Positions 40,395-41,299 of a stretch of 41,299 nt of DNA are shown here, piece after piece. The stretch's first letter is position 1; the number at the start of each line of letters is the position of its first letter. The notes under the pieces are model-generated. The model ran no database searches. It was not told where the DNA came from and saw only the letters and a list, made by a program, of their open reading frames with translations. The DNA is taken from the NCBI GenBank assembly GCA_030603385.1, contig JAUVXW010000038.1:1-41299 (forward strand), in the 5' to 3' direction. The position numbers were made by a program, and so were the translations under genes. This DNA is from Promethearchaeota archaeon (GTDB taxonomy: Archaea > Asgardarchaeota > Lokiarchaeia > Sigyniarchaeales > SOKP01).

Positions 40395-40835
40395 TCAAAC
40401 CTTTTCATTATAAAGCTTGAAGTTTACGTGGCCTATTCCTCCACCTTCCAGCCCTGGATCCAGACATCCAGCAATTCCAGCAAAGATCGAGTCATTAAGT
40501 TCATCTATATCATCAACGTCTTTGCTATAAAGTTCTATACCGCGTTCCCAAGCCTGTTGCACAGAAATAAGCACAGGAATGAGTGCCCTAGGGCAAAGAG
40601 GACAAGTGGATTCCTTCGCGTTCAAGAACGGGTTAAAAACAATTTTGTCTCCTACCTTGATTTGCGCGAAGCAGTATTTGGAAGATGTAACCTCAGCTAT
40701 GAGCTTATATCCCATAGATTTTGCTGCATTTGCAAATATCTTCTCTATATTCCGTGGAACCTTAGCCAAGTCTTCATCAGTTACACCTACTATATTTTTT
40801 AACACGTTTTTAGCTGTTTCATCCATATTTTTCAC
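40395..40835 (-). CDS. TIGR04076-like Cys-containing protein
   Basis: AEV..SKYC...KVGD...LCPRA...CLDPG...GG.G.V.F. Confidence 0.7.
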   Translation of the reverse strand: MKNMDETAKNVLKNIVGVTDEDLAKVPRNIEKIFANAAKSMGYKLIAEVTSSKYCFAQIKVGDKIVFNPFLNAKESTCPLCPRALIPVLISVQQAWERGIELYSKDVDDIDELNDSIFAGIAGCLDPGLEGGGIGHVNFKLYNEKV

Positions 40836-40962
40836 CCCCTTTAAAGATCATATTAGATCCCATGAGGATTCGATTTAAGATTAATGAACAATTATTTTTA
40901 TATTTAAGGGGAAATATGAAGTTGTTTTAAATTTTGTCCCAATTTTCTGTGAAATTGGGTTG

Positions 40963-41008
40963 GAAAGGTAAATTCATAGTCTGATTTCAATGAAAATTCC
41001 TTTGAAAA
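40963..41008 (+). repeat. Intergenic palindromic repeat, copy 5 of 5
   Basis: GAAAGGTAAATTCATAGTCTGATTTCAATGAAAATTCCTTTGAAAA. Confidence 0.95.
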
Positions 41009-41183
41009 CACGAAGTAAAGTCAAGAAAGATTCGGAATCGAAAAAGTTTTCTCAAAGAATATTAAATTTATGATTTAAAGTCTTAATTATATATTCCTCA
41101 CACTTTAATATCGTTATTTTTTATAATATTTATATAGCTAATTTATAATTTAATAAGAAAAGAATCATCCATATAGAAAGACA

Positions 41184-41299
41184 ATGATAAAAGGAGTGTT
41201 TTTTGATCTTTATGGAACACTATTGATTTATAATGATTTGGAAAGGTCACAGGAGGACGGGCTTTTAGAAATATACAAATACTTAAGAAATTTAGGCTT
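41184..41299 (+). CDS. HAD-family hydrolase, N-terminus (partial)
   Basis: MIKGVFFDLYGTLL = HAD motif I. Confidence 0.85.
   Translation, partial: MIKGVFFDLYGTLLIYNDLERSQEDGLLEIYKYLRNLG

Noticed and set aside
3387-40878. Remaining short ORFs overlapping longer genes (e.g. 3387, 4637, 7062, 8792, 10572, 16527, 22382, 28449, 40428, 40579)
   Set aside because: Antisense or out-of-frame shadows of well-supported CDSs.
35916-41008. CRISPR array interpretation of the five repeats
   Set aside because: Spacers are 0.5-2.7 kb and contain whole genes; no cas operon is present.
35916-41008. Canonical integron attC array
   Set aside because: No RYYYAAC/GTTRRRY ends; segments keep long UTRs and one is inverted; no IntI in the window.

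Overview
Low-GC archaeal DNA, most consistent with Asgard archaea (Lokiarchaeia-like). This is inferred from a Loki-CTERM-like tail, TIGR04076-like and LVIVD proteins, DUF87/HerA ATPases and GGAGG/GAGGTG ribosome-binding sites. The left ~24 kb is a defence and mobile-element hotspot: a wHTH-Panacea-MazF toxin-antitoxin operon, a HerA-like ATPase, two restriction-modification-like modules (PLD nuclease, PD-(D/E)XK nuclease, two MTases), a Zn-ribbon/Mrr-like two-gene operon, HEPN, AlbA_2, Mini-RNase III plus DUF3800, and a Type IIG-like RM fusion, interspersed with many truncated gene stubs. At 24.4 kb is an unusual type II (Leu-like) tRNA with an ACC anticodon. The middle holds membrane and secreted proteins, including a staphylococcal nuclease-TM-RPA-OB fusion and a membrane-anchored HerA/VirB4-like ATPase. 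The right ~5.4 kb holds the most striking signal: five same-orientation copies of a 40-48 bp imperfectly palindromic repeat separating unrelated gene-sized segments, resembling a recombination-site cassette array without canonical attC sites. One segment is ~89% identical to DNA 38 kb upstream, and that homology ends at the repeat.
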